From assembly GCA_963662335.2 (NCBI GenBank), contig CAXXVD010000002.1, positions 768,001-832,000 on the forward strand: a DNA stretch of 64,000 nt. Reading direction: 5' to 3'. The notes beneath the pieces were generated by a model, which was given only the letters and a program-made list of their open reading frames with translations, had not been told where the DNA came from and made no database searches. Source of the stretch: Chloroflexota bacterium. GTDB taxonomy: Bacteria > Chloroflexota > UBA11872 > VXOZ01. Below, piece after piece: positions 21,054 through 30,056 of the stretch (position 1 is its first letter; each line of letters starts with the position of its first letter). Position numbers and translations under genes: made by a program.

Positions 21054-22891
21054 GAGATGCAGACCGCAGCCTGTTTCCAGGTAGTTTTACAATACGCGCC
21101 ATTAGGGACAGCCGATACCATAGTACCGCATATGCAATTGCCGAGCTTATTGACAACTCAGTCGAAGCAGGGGCGCCTTTAGTCGAACTCTTGTGCATGG
21201 AAGATTCTCAGTTGGCGGAGGTGCGGACTCGGCGACGAGTATCCGAAATTGCAGTCCTAGATAACGGTGAAGGCATGAGCGCAAGAACGTTACTCGACGC
21301 CCTCAAGTTTGGTGGAGGCACTCGGCACGACTCTAATACGGGAATCGGCAAGTACGGCATGGGACTTCCTACTTCTTCAATGTCTCAATGCAAGAAAGTG
21401 GATGTTTGGACTTGGCAGAACGGACTGGATTCTGCATTGCATTCTAGCATTGACGCCGACGAGATTGAGAAAGGAAACCACGAGGTACCTATTCCTAACC
21501 GAGATACTCCAATTCCCGATACATGGAGAAGCGCCGGCAGCGATGAGATATATCGCAGCCGCTCAGGGACCCTTGTCGTATGGAGTAATCTGGACAAGAT
21601 TCAGTGGAAGACTTCTAAGGCAATTATCGAGAACTTGTCCAGGGAGGTTGGGCGCATCCATCGGCATTACATCAATCAAGAAATACATAGGATTCAGGCT
21701 GCATCATTCCTAAAGGATCGGGCTAGCGAACTCAAAAACAGAATACGGATTGTGGCAAACGATCCTCTCTACTTGATGACGCCTTCATCTACTCCAGAGG
21801 GGTGGGATACCAAGGCGATGTTTCGGGAGTGGGGTCCCACTAAAGACTATACGGTCTGGGTGGATGACCGGGAAGCGGTTATTCAGGTGAAATACTCGAT
21901 TGTGAAAGCCGAAGCTTTGAAGACTGATAGTATTTCGCAGCTTCCTGGCAACACTGAACGTGGCAGGCATGCAAGACATAACATTGGCGTGTCGGTCGTG
22001 CGCGAGGATAGAGAGCTAGTGCTTGAAGACGCGTTTCTGAGAGAGGGTGGCAGCACTGAGAACCCGCAAAATCGTTGGTGGGGGTGTGAAGTTCTTTTCT
22101 TTCGCAATTGTGATGAGCTGTTTGGCGTAGACCACAATAAACAGATGGTTGCAAACTTCACGCAAGCGGCAAAGGCTCTCGCTCGAGATGACCGCCCTCA
22201 ACATCGCATACTTGAAGAGATCGGGATCGACGAAAATGACCCGCTATATGCATTGGTGGGTGACATTCGGAACCAGACACGTGCCATGATGCGTGAAATC
22301 GGACAGATGTTTACACAGCGACGAGGGACCCAAGGACCGCGCGGTCGCAGGGGAAGTCCCGAAAAAAAGGCCGCAAGGACGGCTACCGATGCAGACCGAG
22401 ATGCTATGGCTAGCGGTGAAGAAAAGCCGACCGAGACTGACAGAGAACGAATGCAAAAGCCGGCCAATCAGCGAGAAGATGGTCTCAAGGCACAGTTCAT
22501 CTCGTATGGTCAGGCAGAGCAAGATGCCCAGGATCTCGCAAGGATGCTGGTACAGGAGGATCTCTCGTACCAGTTCACCTCAAGAAACCTTCCCGGTTAC
22601 CAGATTTTCAATGTGGAACGAAAGGAGGGTGTCCTTCTAATCGAACTCAATACTGACCATCCAGTCTACGACTTGCTGAGGCATGTTGAAGGTCGACTCG
22701 ACGAGGAAGGTGACGAGAGCGATCCTGCATTCCAATCAATCGTCGCTATCAGACTCTTGTTGTCTTCTTGGGCCCGGATGGAAGACCAGACCGAGTCCGA
22801 TCCCGATCGAAGACACATTCAACACATTGCAATGGATTGGGGACGTCAGGTAGACAAGTTCATTAGTCAACTCCGTGAAAGAGATGGTTAG
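21029..22891 (+). CDS. GHKL (HATPase_c) ATPase, prokaryotic MORC-like
   Basis: Bergerat motifs 'AELIDNSVEA', 'DNGEGM', 'IGKYGMGL', 'GTLVVW'; late 'IELNTDHP'; GAGG RBS; 25-nt overlap with the helicase. Confidence 0.88.
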   Translation: MEDQLAELRDADRSLFPGSFTIRAIRDSRYHSTAYAIAELIDNSVEAGAPLVELLCMEDSQLAEVRTRRRVSEIAVLDNGEGMSARTLLDALKFGGGTRHDSNTGIGKYGMGLPTSSMSQCKKVDVWTWQNGLDSALHSSIDADEIEKGNHEVPIPNRDTPIPDTWRSAGSDEIYRSRSGTLVVWSNLDKIQWKTSKAIIENLSREVGRIHRHYINQEIHRIQAASFLKDRASELKNRIRIVANDPLYLMTPSSTPEGWDTKAMFREWGPTKDYTVWVDDREAVIQVKYSIVKAEALKTDSISQLPGNTERGRHARHNIGVSVVREDRELVLEDAFLREGGSTENPQNRWWGCEVLFFRNCDELFGVDHNKQMVANFTQAAKALARDDRPQHRILEEIGIDENDPLYALVGDIRNQTRAMMREIGQMFTQRRGTQGPRGRRGSPEKKAARTATDADRDAMASGEEKPTETDRERMQKPANQREDGLKAQFISYGQAEQDAQDLARMLVQEDLSYQFTSRNLPGYQIFNVERKEGVLLIELNTDHPVYDLLRHVEGRLDEEGDESDPAFQSIVAIRLLLSSWARMEDQTESDPDRRHIQHIAMDWGRQVDKFISQLRERDG

Positions 22892-22893
22892 TC

Positions 22894-23748
22894 GTGTCGT
22901 ATACCCACGGCGACTTGCTGGGAAGCCTTTGTGCCGGCGCGCAGCGCTTGATCATTGCAGCACCTTACATCAAGACTTATGCACTTGCTAGACTATTGGC
23001 AGAACTTGACCCACTGGCAACCCTAATTTGCGTTACGCGGTGGAACCCACACGACCTTGCCGTCGGTGCTTCCGATGCAGACTGTCGCGCTATAGTCTTG
23101 CGGCGGGGTGGATCCTTCAGACTGCATCCCTCCCTGCACGCCAAGTACTACCGTATTGATGACGTGGTTCTCATTGGCTCCGCGAATCTCACGGCTTCTG
23201 CATTAGGCTGGTCCGCACAACCAAACTTGGAGATTCTTTGCCGTGCCGTTGACAACTTTGACGCAAGCGCATTCCAGCAAGAATTGATGGACGGCTCGCG
23301 AGAGATTACTGACGAAGAATTCGCGTATTGGGAGTCGATTTCAAAGATCACGGCCCCAACTAACCAGCCAATTGCTGGCGGTCAGCCTGTGCTTGAAACG
23401 TGGAGACCTTCAACACGCGACCCGAGAAACGTAGAACTTGCCTATCAAGGCAGAGAAGACGACATAGCCTCACTTGATGAACAGAGTGCGGCGCAAAGGG
23501 ACATCCAAGCCCTTTTGATACCGCCGGGTCTGAACGATGAGCAGGTTCGTGCATGGGCATCGGGCTGCTTGCTCGCCGCCCCTTTTGCCAACTCCGTGAT
23601 GCGGCTGCATGGTATAGATACGCCAACCGCCTCCCGCATACTCGCCGAGAACTATAGCATCAACATTACCGAGGCGAGAAGAGACATGGAAACCGTGCAG
23701 AACTGGCTGGCGTTTCTCGCCCCGGAGGCCACCTCAAAGCTCCCTTGA
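22894..23748 (+). CDS. Phospholipase D-family (single HKD) nuclease-like protein
   Basis: 'IAAPYIK' and 'LHAKYYRIDD..LIGSANLT' (HxKxxxxD..GSxN); starts 2 nt after the ATPase stop. Confidence 0.85.
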   Translation: MSYTHGDLLGSLCAGAQRLIIAAPYIKTYALARLLAELDPLATLICVTRWNPHDLAVGASDADCRAIVLRRGGSFRLHPSLHAKYYRIDDVVLIGSANLTASALGWSAQPNLEILCRAVDNFDASAFQQELMDGSREITDEEFAYWESISKITAPTNQPIAGGQPVLETWRPSTRDPRNVELAYQGREDDIASLDEQSAAQRDIQALLIPPGLNDEQVRAWASGCLLAAPFANSVMRLHGIDTPTASRILAENYSINITEARRDMETVQNWLAFLAPEATSKLP

Positions 23749-23794
23749 GATGCGGTGAGCTTGTCTCTTACGCACCCAACAAGCTATTCCACTG

Positions 23795-24940
23795 TCAAAT
23801 GTCCATCACCGCCCCCGTATCGTCCCGCAGGTTCTTGAAGTAGGAAAAACTGCGCGGCGGGTTGGCGGCGATGACTTCCTCGTTCAGGTCTACGCCCAGG
23901 CCGGGCGAGTCGGGGACGTGGAGGTAGCCGTTCTGAATGGGCCAGGGCTGTTTCAGCACCCGGTCGCGGTAGGGTTGGCTGGGCACGTATTCCAACAGGT
24001 GGAAGTTGGGGACGCTCATGCCGATGTGGGCCGCGGCGGCGGTGGAGACCGGCCCCATGGGGTTGTGGGGCGCTACGAGCACGTGATGCACCTCGGCGAG
24101 CGCCGCGATCTTCTTCACCTCGGTAATGCCGCCGGCGTGGCAGAGGTCCGGCTGGATCACGTCCACGTACTGGCCCGCCAGCAGGGGCGCGAACTGCCAC
24201 TTGGTGAAGTAGCGTTCGCCGGTGGCCAGGTCGATGCCCAGTTCGCGGGCAGTCTCGGTCACAGGCCGAAAGGCTTCGATATTGTCCGGCGGCACCGGCT
24301 CCTCGAAGAACGTGATGCGGCTATCCCGCACGGCGTGCAGTTGGCGCACGGCCTGGGCCGGACGGCTCTTGCCGTGGTTGTCGAGCATGATGTCCACGTC
24401 CCGCCCGACGGCCTGGCGCAGGATGGCGATGCGTTCCCCCAAGAGCGCGGCGGCCTGATGGTCGCCCATGGGCGCGTCGGTAGCCCACGCGCCGGTCTTG
24501 AGCGCGGTGAAACCGGCGCCCACGAGTTGCGCCGCTTCCCGCGCGATGCGGTCGGCTTCGTAGATGCCGACGTGGGTGTAGAGGCGAATGCGGTCGCGGG
24601 CGGGCCCGCCGAGCAGATGGTAGACCGGCGCGCCGTAATGCTTGCCCTTGATGTCCCACAAGGCCTGGTCGATGCCCGCAATGGCGGTGCTGATGACCAC
24701 GCCGCCCTTCCAGAAGCCGTCCCGGTAGAGCGACTGCCAGAGACGCTCGGTCTCCAACGGGTCCTTGCCAATGAGCGCCTCGCCAAGCTGCCCAACCGCC
24801 GCCCGCACCGTGGCGTCCTTGCCTTCCAAGGTGGCCTCGCCCCAGCCGTAAAGCTCCGGCTCGTCGGTGGAAATCTTGACAAACACCCAATTGCGCGGGT
24901 CGCCCCACATGATGAAGGTGTCTACTGCGGTGATGCGCAC
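23795..24940 (-). CDS. Mandelate racemase/enolase superfamily dehydratase (galactonate dehydratase-like)
   Basis: 'GWGEA', 'AGIDQALWDIKGK', 'DNHG', 'FFEEP', 'ATGER', 'QPDLCHAGG', 'APHNP'; GTG start after AAGGAG. Confidence 0.9.
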   Translation of the reverse strand: MRITAVDTFIMWGDPRNWVFVKISTDEPELYGWGEATLEGKDATVRAAVGQLGEALIGKDPLETERLWQSLYRDGFWKGGVVISTAIAGIDQALWDIKGKHYGAPVYHLLGGPARDRIRLYTHVGIYEADRIAREAAQLVGAGFTALKTGAWATDAPMGDHQAAALLGERIAILRQAVGRDVDIMLDNHGKSRPAQAVRQLHAVRDSRITFFEEPVPPDNIEAFRPVTETARELGIDLATGERYFTKWQFAPLLAGQYVDVIQPDLCHAGGITEVKKIAALAEVHHVLVAPHNPMGPVSTAAAAHIGMSVPNFHLLEYVPSQPYRDRVLKQPWPIQNGYLHVPDSPGLGVDLNEEVIAANPPRSFSYFKNLRDDTGAVMDI

Positions 24941-25030
24941 GAGCCATTCTCCTTCTCTCAATTGTTTGGCTTCGGGATGTACTTCTAGCGCAATCGTCAG
25001 CCTGTTCTTGTAGTGACTCTAGGTTAGAGC

Positions 25031-27283
25031 TTACTTGAATCGCTGGCCGATGTATTCTAAGGCCATCTTGAGCGGTAGTTCAGTTGTAGAAGGGCCGGTA
25101 CGAACGTAGAACCGTTCGTCGTTGCCATCCGTTACGTAAACAGGGGCCCGGGATGCCTCGCAGCGAACGACCAAGACACGCCCCCCTTCGAAGTCGTCAA
25201 AATTGGCGTGCATGAACGCCCAGACACTCGCTCCCATTCTCTCATTCACGATGTTGACCAGATGCAGACCCATGCGGTCCTCATTTGAAAAGCCGTCATC
25301 CTTCAAGCCAAGAGGCGAGCCGTCGTCAGCGACGCCAATGAGCAGCGTGCCGCCGCTCTTGTTTAGGAACCCGGCTAAAGTCTTGAGCGCCGACAGTTCA
25401 ATTCGGCTATCCCGCTTGCCTGTGTGGAGATTGACGCGGAGCGTCGACTTGAATTCGACTAAGTCGGATTCCCCGCCTGCTATCAGACTCTCCAGGTCGA
25501 TTGCATCAGTCTCGTCCTCAACGCCTATCGGTGTTGCAAGTTGCTGATACCCTTCTCGCATTATTTGCGCGATCAACTCCCGGCGTTTTCCTAAGAAAGC
25601 CCAATAATCCATGCTTTCCCAGCCGTCGGGCAGCCCATGGCGCACGTACATGTGTGCTAACGCCTCTTCGCAGAATCGTTCCCGCATAGGCGGCAGGTAC
25701 TCCTGCGGGGATTGAGCGGACATCCTTGCGTTATCCGTCCACTCCACGTAAGCATAATTGGCAATCTGATTGACGTCTCTTGTCGCTGTTATGCCGTTTT
25801 GCGCCAGATGGCCCCTTGGAAACAGATGGTGTCGCTCTATACTTCTGTGGCCGCCCCGCCAAGCAGGATCCAGCATTTCCGATATAGAAAATTCGGAGAA
25901 GAGAACTGGAGCATCCAGCAGGACCAGTGAAGCTTCGAACGCAAAGAGCGATGGACTGCGGGCAGAAGAGGTCGCGAGTTCACTTGGCAGCGTCACTTCC
26001 CAGAAGTCAGTGGTAAGTGTCACGTTGCATGTTTGATGAAGCTTGGCTGCGAACTCGTCAGCCGACTTAACTCCCCGCAACATTGCCAGATCGGACTCCA
26101 TCCGAGACTCCGGTGAGCCTGTGTAGCGGCCGGTCACGGCGGACATGAAGAACCACTGGGCGATGACCTGCCGGAGCGCGTGTTCTTCCATGCCAAGTTC
26201 TGTTTTACCAATCAAGTAAAGGATGTACGAATAGAGTAGCGCGGTCTGAGAGCTTATCATTCGGCGCGAACGGTAGCCGGCCCTTCTCAGACAGTGCATG
26301 AAGTCGTGCCAGTTCTGCAGGTTCAGCACTTTCGATTGGGCGTCTCTCAGCCGCTCGAACTGGTCGTCCCGCCGCTCTTCGCTGAACTCTCCAGATTCCA
26401 AGTCCTTCCCGCGCAATATCGAGTACACGTGTTCCAGCCTGGCTCGTTTGAATGCCAGCCCTACCCCCACACGAAGCATCTGATCAGGAGAGGGTTCAAT
26501 GAAGTGATTGTGCGGCGACGGCTCGCCGGTTGTTGGCGTACGGGCCTCTCTGCAGAAGCGTTCTAACTCAGTTCTCCCCTCATCCCAAAAGACTGACATA
26601 AGCGTGAGGATAAAGTCCGCCTGGTTGAGCGTCTTGCCCTGGCTATTGATCCTGACAAAGACTTCCGCAACCGCTTCCTCCGACGTTTCAGCGGATAGTT
26701 GGAGTGCGGTGAAGGGAAACCCGACCAGGCCTTGGAGCTTCGTGATGGCCGCTCGGATCGACCTGACCTCTTGGCTGGACAGTTCCCGCGCGGAGCGAAG
26801 CCCACTGAGATAGTCGTCTGCAACCTGGAACAGATCGGTCTCGTCGCTCCATAGCCGTGAAATGTCCGGGATGAATGACCTGTCGCGTTCAATCGCAGCG
26901 CTGGTCACCTCGAACACCTCTTCCATGGGGTTGAAGGCGATGCGGATGCGCTCGCTTCGGTAATTACTGCGAACGACGGTGGCTCCTTTGATTACGGCGA
27001 AGAGTGAGGTCAATCTCTGCTGACCATCGACGATGACCAAGCTAGGCGCGAGTTGTTTGGCATCCGAACCGATTGCCCTGTGCCCGGAGAGCAGCCCGTT
27101 TTGCCAGAAGAGCAGATACCCCACCGGATATCCCCGGTACATGGAGTCGAATAAGTCGCGGACTTTCGTGTTAGGCCAGACGAACGGCCGCTGAATGTCC
27201 GGCAGCCCAATCTGTCCCATGTCGATGTCATTGACGAGCTTCTCTAATGGAAATGTCACTTGTGCGAAGGCCGTCTTGCTCAT
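25031..27283 (-). CDS. GmrSD-type (DUF262 + DUF1524/HNH) restriction nuclease with C-terminal AlbA_2/Schlafen domain
   Basis: 'IQRPFVW', 'VDGQQRLT', 'FVRINSQG' (DUF262); 'HHLFP..NQIAN...DN' (DUF1524); 'GESDLVEFKS..AGFLNKSGGTLLIGVADDG..YVRTGPST' (AlbA_2). Confidence 0.85.
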   Translation of the reverse strand: MSKTAFAQVTFPLEKLVNDIDMGQIGLPDIQRPFVWPNTKVRDLFDSMYRGYPVGYLLFWQNGLLSGHRAIGSDAKQLAPSLVIVDGQQRLTSLFAVIKGATVVRSNYRSERIRIAFNPMEEVFEVTSAAIERDRSFIPDISRLWSDETDLFQVADDYLSGLRSARELSSQEVRSIRAAITKLQGLVGFPFTALQLSAETSEEAVAEVFVRINSQGKTLNQADFILTLMSVFWDEGRTELERFCREARTPTTGEPSPHNHFIEPSPDQMLRVGVGLAFKRARLEHVYSILRGKDLESGEFSEERRDDQFERLRDAQSKVLNLQNWHDFMHCLRRAGYRSRRMISSQTALLYSYILYLIGKTELGMEEHALRQVIAQWFFMSAVTGRYTGSPESRMESDLAMLRGVKSADEFAAKLHQTCNVTLTTDFWEVTLPSELATSSARSPSLFAFEASLVLLDAPVLFSEFSISEMLDPAWRGGHRSIERHHLFPRGHLAQNGITATRDVNQIANYAYVEWTDNARMSAQSPQEYLPPMRERFCEEALAHMYVRHGLPDGWESMDYWAFLGKRRELIAQIMREGYQQLATPIGVEDETDAIDLESLIAGGESDLVEFKSTLRVNLHTGKRDSRIELSALKTLAGFLNKSGGTLLIGVADDGSPLGLKDDGFSNEDRMGLHLVNIVNERMGASVWAFMHANFDDFEGGRVLVVRCEASRAPVYVTDGNDERFYVRTGPSTTELPLKMALEYIGQRFK

Positions 27284-27595
27284 TGCAATTGCTCTCCGTG
27301 GCTTGCAGGACAATGATAGTCAAGGAAGTCGCAAGCACGCATGGGCCTTTCACCCGCCAATCCAAGCACTTGATGCCTGCCCATTCTCGTGACCTTCCTG
27401 CTTGCTCAATCCTATGTACGGGTACTTTGGCAGTCCTGGGATCCACTCCGGGAACTGAAACCAAAGCGGCGTGCACCCCGCAGTGAAATCCAGGTACTAT
27501 TGCCACGCACACTCCAGACTACTCGCTTGCGCGCGGCCTGGTCTAGCAGCGTTGCGTGACCTTGCAAAGACTCATGTCGAGCGGCAATCGAACTC

Positions 27596-28621
27596 CTATT
27601 TGGCCGGTATGTTCACCCACTCGCCGCTCTCAGCCGCGGCTTTGGCGTGCAGGGTCACCGCCATGGTGCGCAGCACCTCGTCGGCGCCGGCGTAGGGTTC
27701 GCGCTCGGCGGTCAGGGCTTCCAGGAAGTCGCTGCTGGGCGTGTGGCTCAGGGGCGGGACATCCAGGTCGAACGGTTCCTTGTCGTTCAGCACCACGCGC
27801 ACGCCGCCCTGCTTGTTGGGGCCGGAGGGTTCCAGGGTGCCGGCGGTGGCGATTTCGGCGGTACCCTGCGTGCCGGTCAGGTAGACCCGGTAGTCGCCGT
27901 GATAGGGCGCGGCGTCGGGCGTGAGCCAGTCGGCCACCACCAGGCCTTTCATGCCGCCGTCGAACTCCAGCAGAGCGTGGGCGTGGTCGTAGAGTTGCGG
28001 CAGTTCGGGAAAGCGCGTATTGCCCTGGGCGGCGGCCACGCGCACCGGCTCCTGGCCGGAGAACCAGCGCAGCGAATCGAAGTAGTGCACGCCCAGGTCT
28101 ACCAGCACGCCGCCGTTCTGCGCCGCGTCCAGTTCCCAGAGATTGCGCGTGTGGGGGCGCAGCTTGTGGGGGCCGAAGCCGTACACGTGCACGATTTCGC
28201 CAAAGTCGCCCGCGTCCACGCGCTCTTTCAAGGCCCGGTGCGGCGCGGAGTAACGCTGGCTGAGCATCATGCCCAGGCGCGCCCGGCCCAGGGCGTGGGC
28301 CGCCCGCACCTGCTCGAGCTGCGCCATCTCGGTGAGCAGCGGCTTGTCGGCAATGACGTGGATGCCGCGCTCCAGGCAGGCGATGAGCGCCAGGTACTTG
28401 GTGGCGTTCGTGCGGGCCACGCCGACGACGTCCGGCCGCTCCTTGTCGAGCAATTCGTCGAAGTCCGCATAGACCGGCACGCTGTGCTCGGCGGAAATTC
28501 TGGCGCGAACCGTTGGCTCGTCTTCCGCGATGCCGACGAGGGTGGTTGACGGGTTATCCGCCACGGCCCCCACGAATTCGCTGATGTGCCCGTGCCTCAT
28601 GCCCATTACCGCTGCGCGCAT
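27596..28621 (-). CDS. Gfo/Idh/MocA family oxidoreductase
   Basis: 'AAVMG..HGH', 'HVIADKP', 'GGVLVDLGVHYFD'. Confidence 0.9.
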   Translation of the reverse strand: MRAAVMGMRHGHISEFVGAVADNPSTTLVGIAEDEPTVRARISAEHSVPVYADFDELLDKERPDVVGVARTNATKYLALIACLERGIHVIADKPLLTEMAQLEQVRAAHALGRARLGMMLSQRYSAPHRALKERVDAGDFGEIVHVYGFGPHKLRPHTRNLWELDAAQNGGVLVDLGVHYFDSLRWFSGQEPVRVAAAQGNTRFPELPQLYDHAHALLEFDGGMKGLVVADWLTPDAAPYHGDYRVYLTGTQGTAEIATAGTLEPSGPNKQGGVRVVLNDKEPFDLDVPPLSHTPSSDFLEALTAEREPYAGADEVLRTMAVTLHAKAAAESGEWVNIPAK

Positions 28622-28712
28622 GATTGTGGTTTCTCCTTTGGTTCTGTGATTCTCACGGTTCGATTGTACGCATTCTTGGATGGGTGCGTTCGCCCGCCCG
28701 CATCCGCAAGAG

Positions 28713-28736
28713 GCGGGGGACAAGCCCCCGCGCTAC
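28713..28736. repeat. REP family A (gtagcgcgggggcttgtcccccgc)
   Basis: Copies in either orientation at 9558, 10360, 28713, 36188, 36230, 37244, 40627, 51140, 51222, 51508, 57213, 59441 and 59497; partial copies at 57357 and 59641. Confidence 0.9.
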
Positions 28737-28868
28737 GGGTATGACCTTCCCTTAGTTCCCGGGCCTGGCGGCGAGTCGGTTACCCACCCGATTTACTGAT
28801 TCTTCTCCGGTAGCGCAGGCCCTTCGACAAGCTCAGGACAGGTTTGCAACCTGCGGCCTGCGTCTATT

Positions 28869-30056
28869 CTACTGTGCCGCATCGCCCTTTGCAGCGGACA
28901 CGCCTGCCAGTACCTGCTCCGGCTCCAGCTTCTCCATGCACTCCACCGTGCCGAAGCGGCAGGTGGCCGGTTGGCCGGTTTCCGGCCGGTAGCAGGGACT
29001 GCAGAAGATGGGGTGGCGGCGCACGGCGTCCGGCTGGCCGTGCGGGCCGTAGCGCACCCAGCTTGTAGGGCCGTAGAGGCCGACCACGCGCGTGCCCAGC
29101 GCCGCGGCCAGGTGCAGCGGGCCGCTATCGCTGCCGACCATGAGCGCGCAGTGGGCGAGCACGGCGGCCAGTTGGCCCAGCGTGGTCGCGCCGGTGAGTA
29201 CGAGCGGCGACTCCGCGCAGCGCGCGGCGATTTCGCCTGCCGCGCCGGCTTCGTCCGGCCCGCCGACCAGCACGGCGCGATAGCCGGTCCGCTGGAGTTG
29301 GTCGATGAGCGCGACCCAGTGGCGCCGCGGCCACAGCTTGGCATAGCCGTTGCGCGCGCCGTGACCGCAGGCCACCCAAAGCGTCTCCGGTTTGGCCGCC
29401 GCCGCAAACGTTTCTTGCGCCCAGGCGCGGTCGTCCGCGCTCACCCAGGCTTCCATGCGGTCGGGCGTGGCGGCGGCCCCGGCCGCTTGCGCCACCGCCA
29501 GGGCGCAATGCGCCTCATGGCGGTCCTGCGGCAGGCGGCTGCCGGCCGCGTGGAGCGTGAAGGCGCCTATTGGCGCTTCGCCGGCGAAGCCCGCCCGCTG
29601 CGGCGCGCCGGTCAATAGGCCAAGCGTAGCCGCGGGCGCGCCGTAGAGACTCAGGCTGAGGTCGTACCGCTGCGCGCGCAGGGTTTGGATGAGCCGCCAG
29701 ACCCGCCGCCACCGCTTTAGCGAGAGAAAGCCGGGCAGATGGGTCAGCGCGTCCGCGTCGAGCGTATAGACGTGATCGACGTACGGGCATTCGGCCAGCA
29801 GCGGCGCGGTGTTGGGCGTCACCAGCGCGTCCAGGCGGGCCTCGGGAAACCGCCGCCGGGTGTTGCGGACGGCCGGGATAGAGAAGAGGAGATCGCCGAT
29901 GAGATCGAGGCGGATTATGAGGATTCTTTCGACAGCTTCCGGGCTATAGAGTTGCCGCCCGCGCCGGAGTCGGGCAACCAAGGCCAGGGCGGCGCAGAAG
30001 AGCCACAAGACGACTCCGGCGGCGCGGCGCGCGATGCGCTTGAGTGCGGAAATCAT
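28869..30056 (-). CDS. Glycosyltransferase family 9 (heptosyltransferase-like)
   Basis: 'ILIIRLDLIGDLL', 'KLWP', 'GATTLGQL', 'GSDSGPLHLAAA', 'LYGPT', 'CSPC'. Confidence 0.9.
   Translation of the reverse strand: MISALKRIARRAAGVVLWLFCAALALVARLRRGRQLYSPEAVERILIIRLDLIGDLLFSIPAVRNTRRRFPEARLDALVTPNTAPLLAECPYVDHVYTLDADALTHLPGFLSLKRWRRVWRLIQTLRAQRYDLSLSLYGAPAATLGLLTGAPQRAGFAGEAPIGAFTLHAAGSRLPQDRHEAHCALAVAQAAGAAATPDRMEAWVSADDRAWAQETFAAAAKPETLWVACGHGARNGYAKLWPRRHWVALIDQLQRTGYRAVLVGGPDEAGAAGEIAARCAESPLVLTGATTLGQLAAVLAHCALMVGSDSGPLHLAAALGTRVVGLYGPTSWVRYGPHGQPDAVRRHPIFCSPCYRPETGQPATCRFGTVECMEKLEPEQVLAGVSAAKGDAAQ

Noticed and set aside
18929-23748. Assignment to DISARM, Dnd, Ssp, BREX type 4 or Mza
   Set aside because: Hallmark partners are missing: no DUF1998 or methylase, no DndD/DndE, no SspB/SspC, no PglZ/BrxC, no Z1/AIPR.
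27284-27595. AT-richer spacer as possible gene remnant or ncRNA
   Set aside because: No recognisable coding motif, repeat or stable structure.
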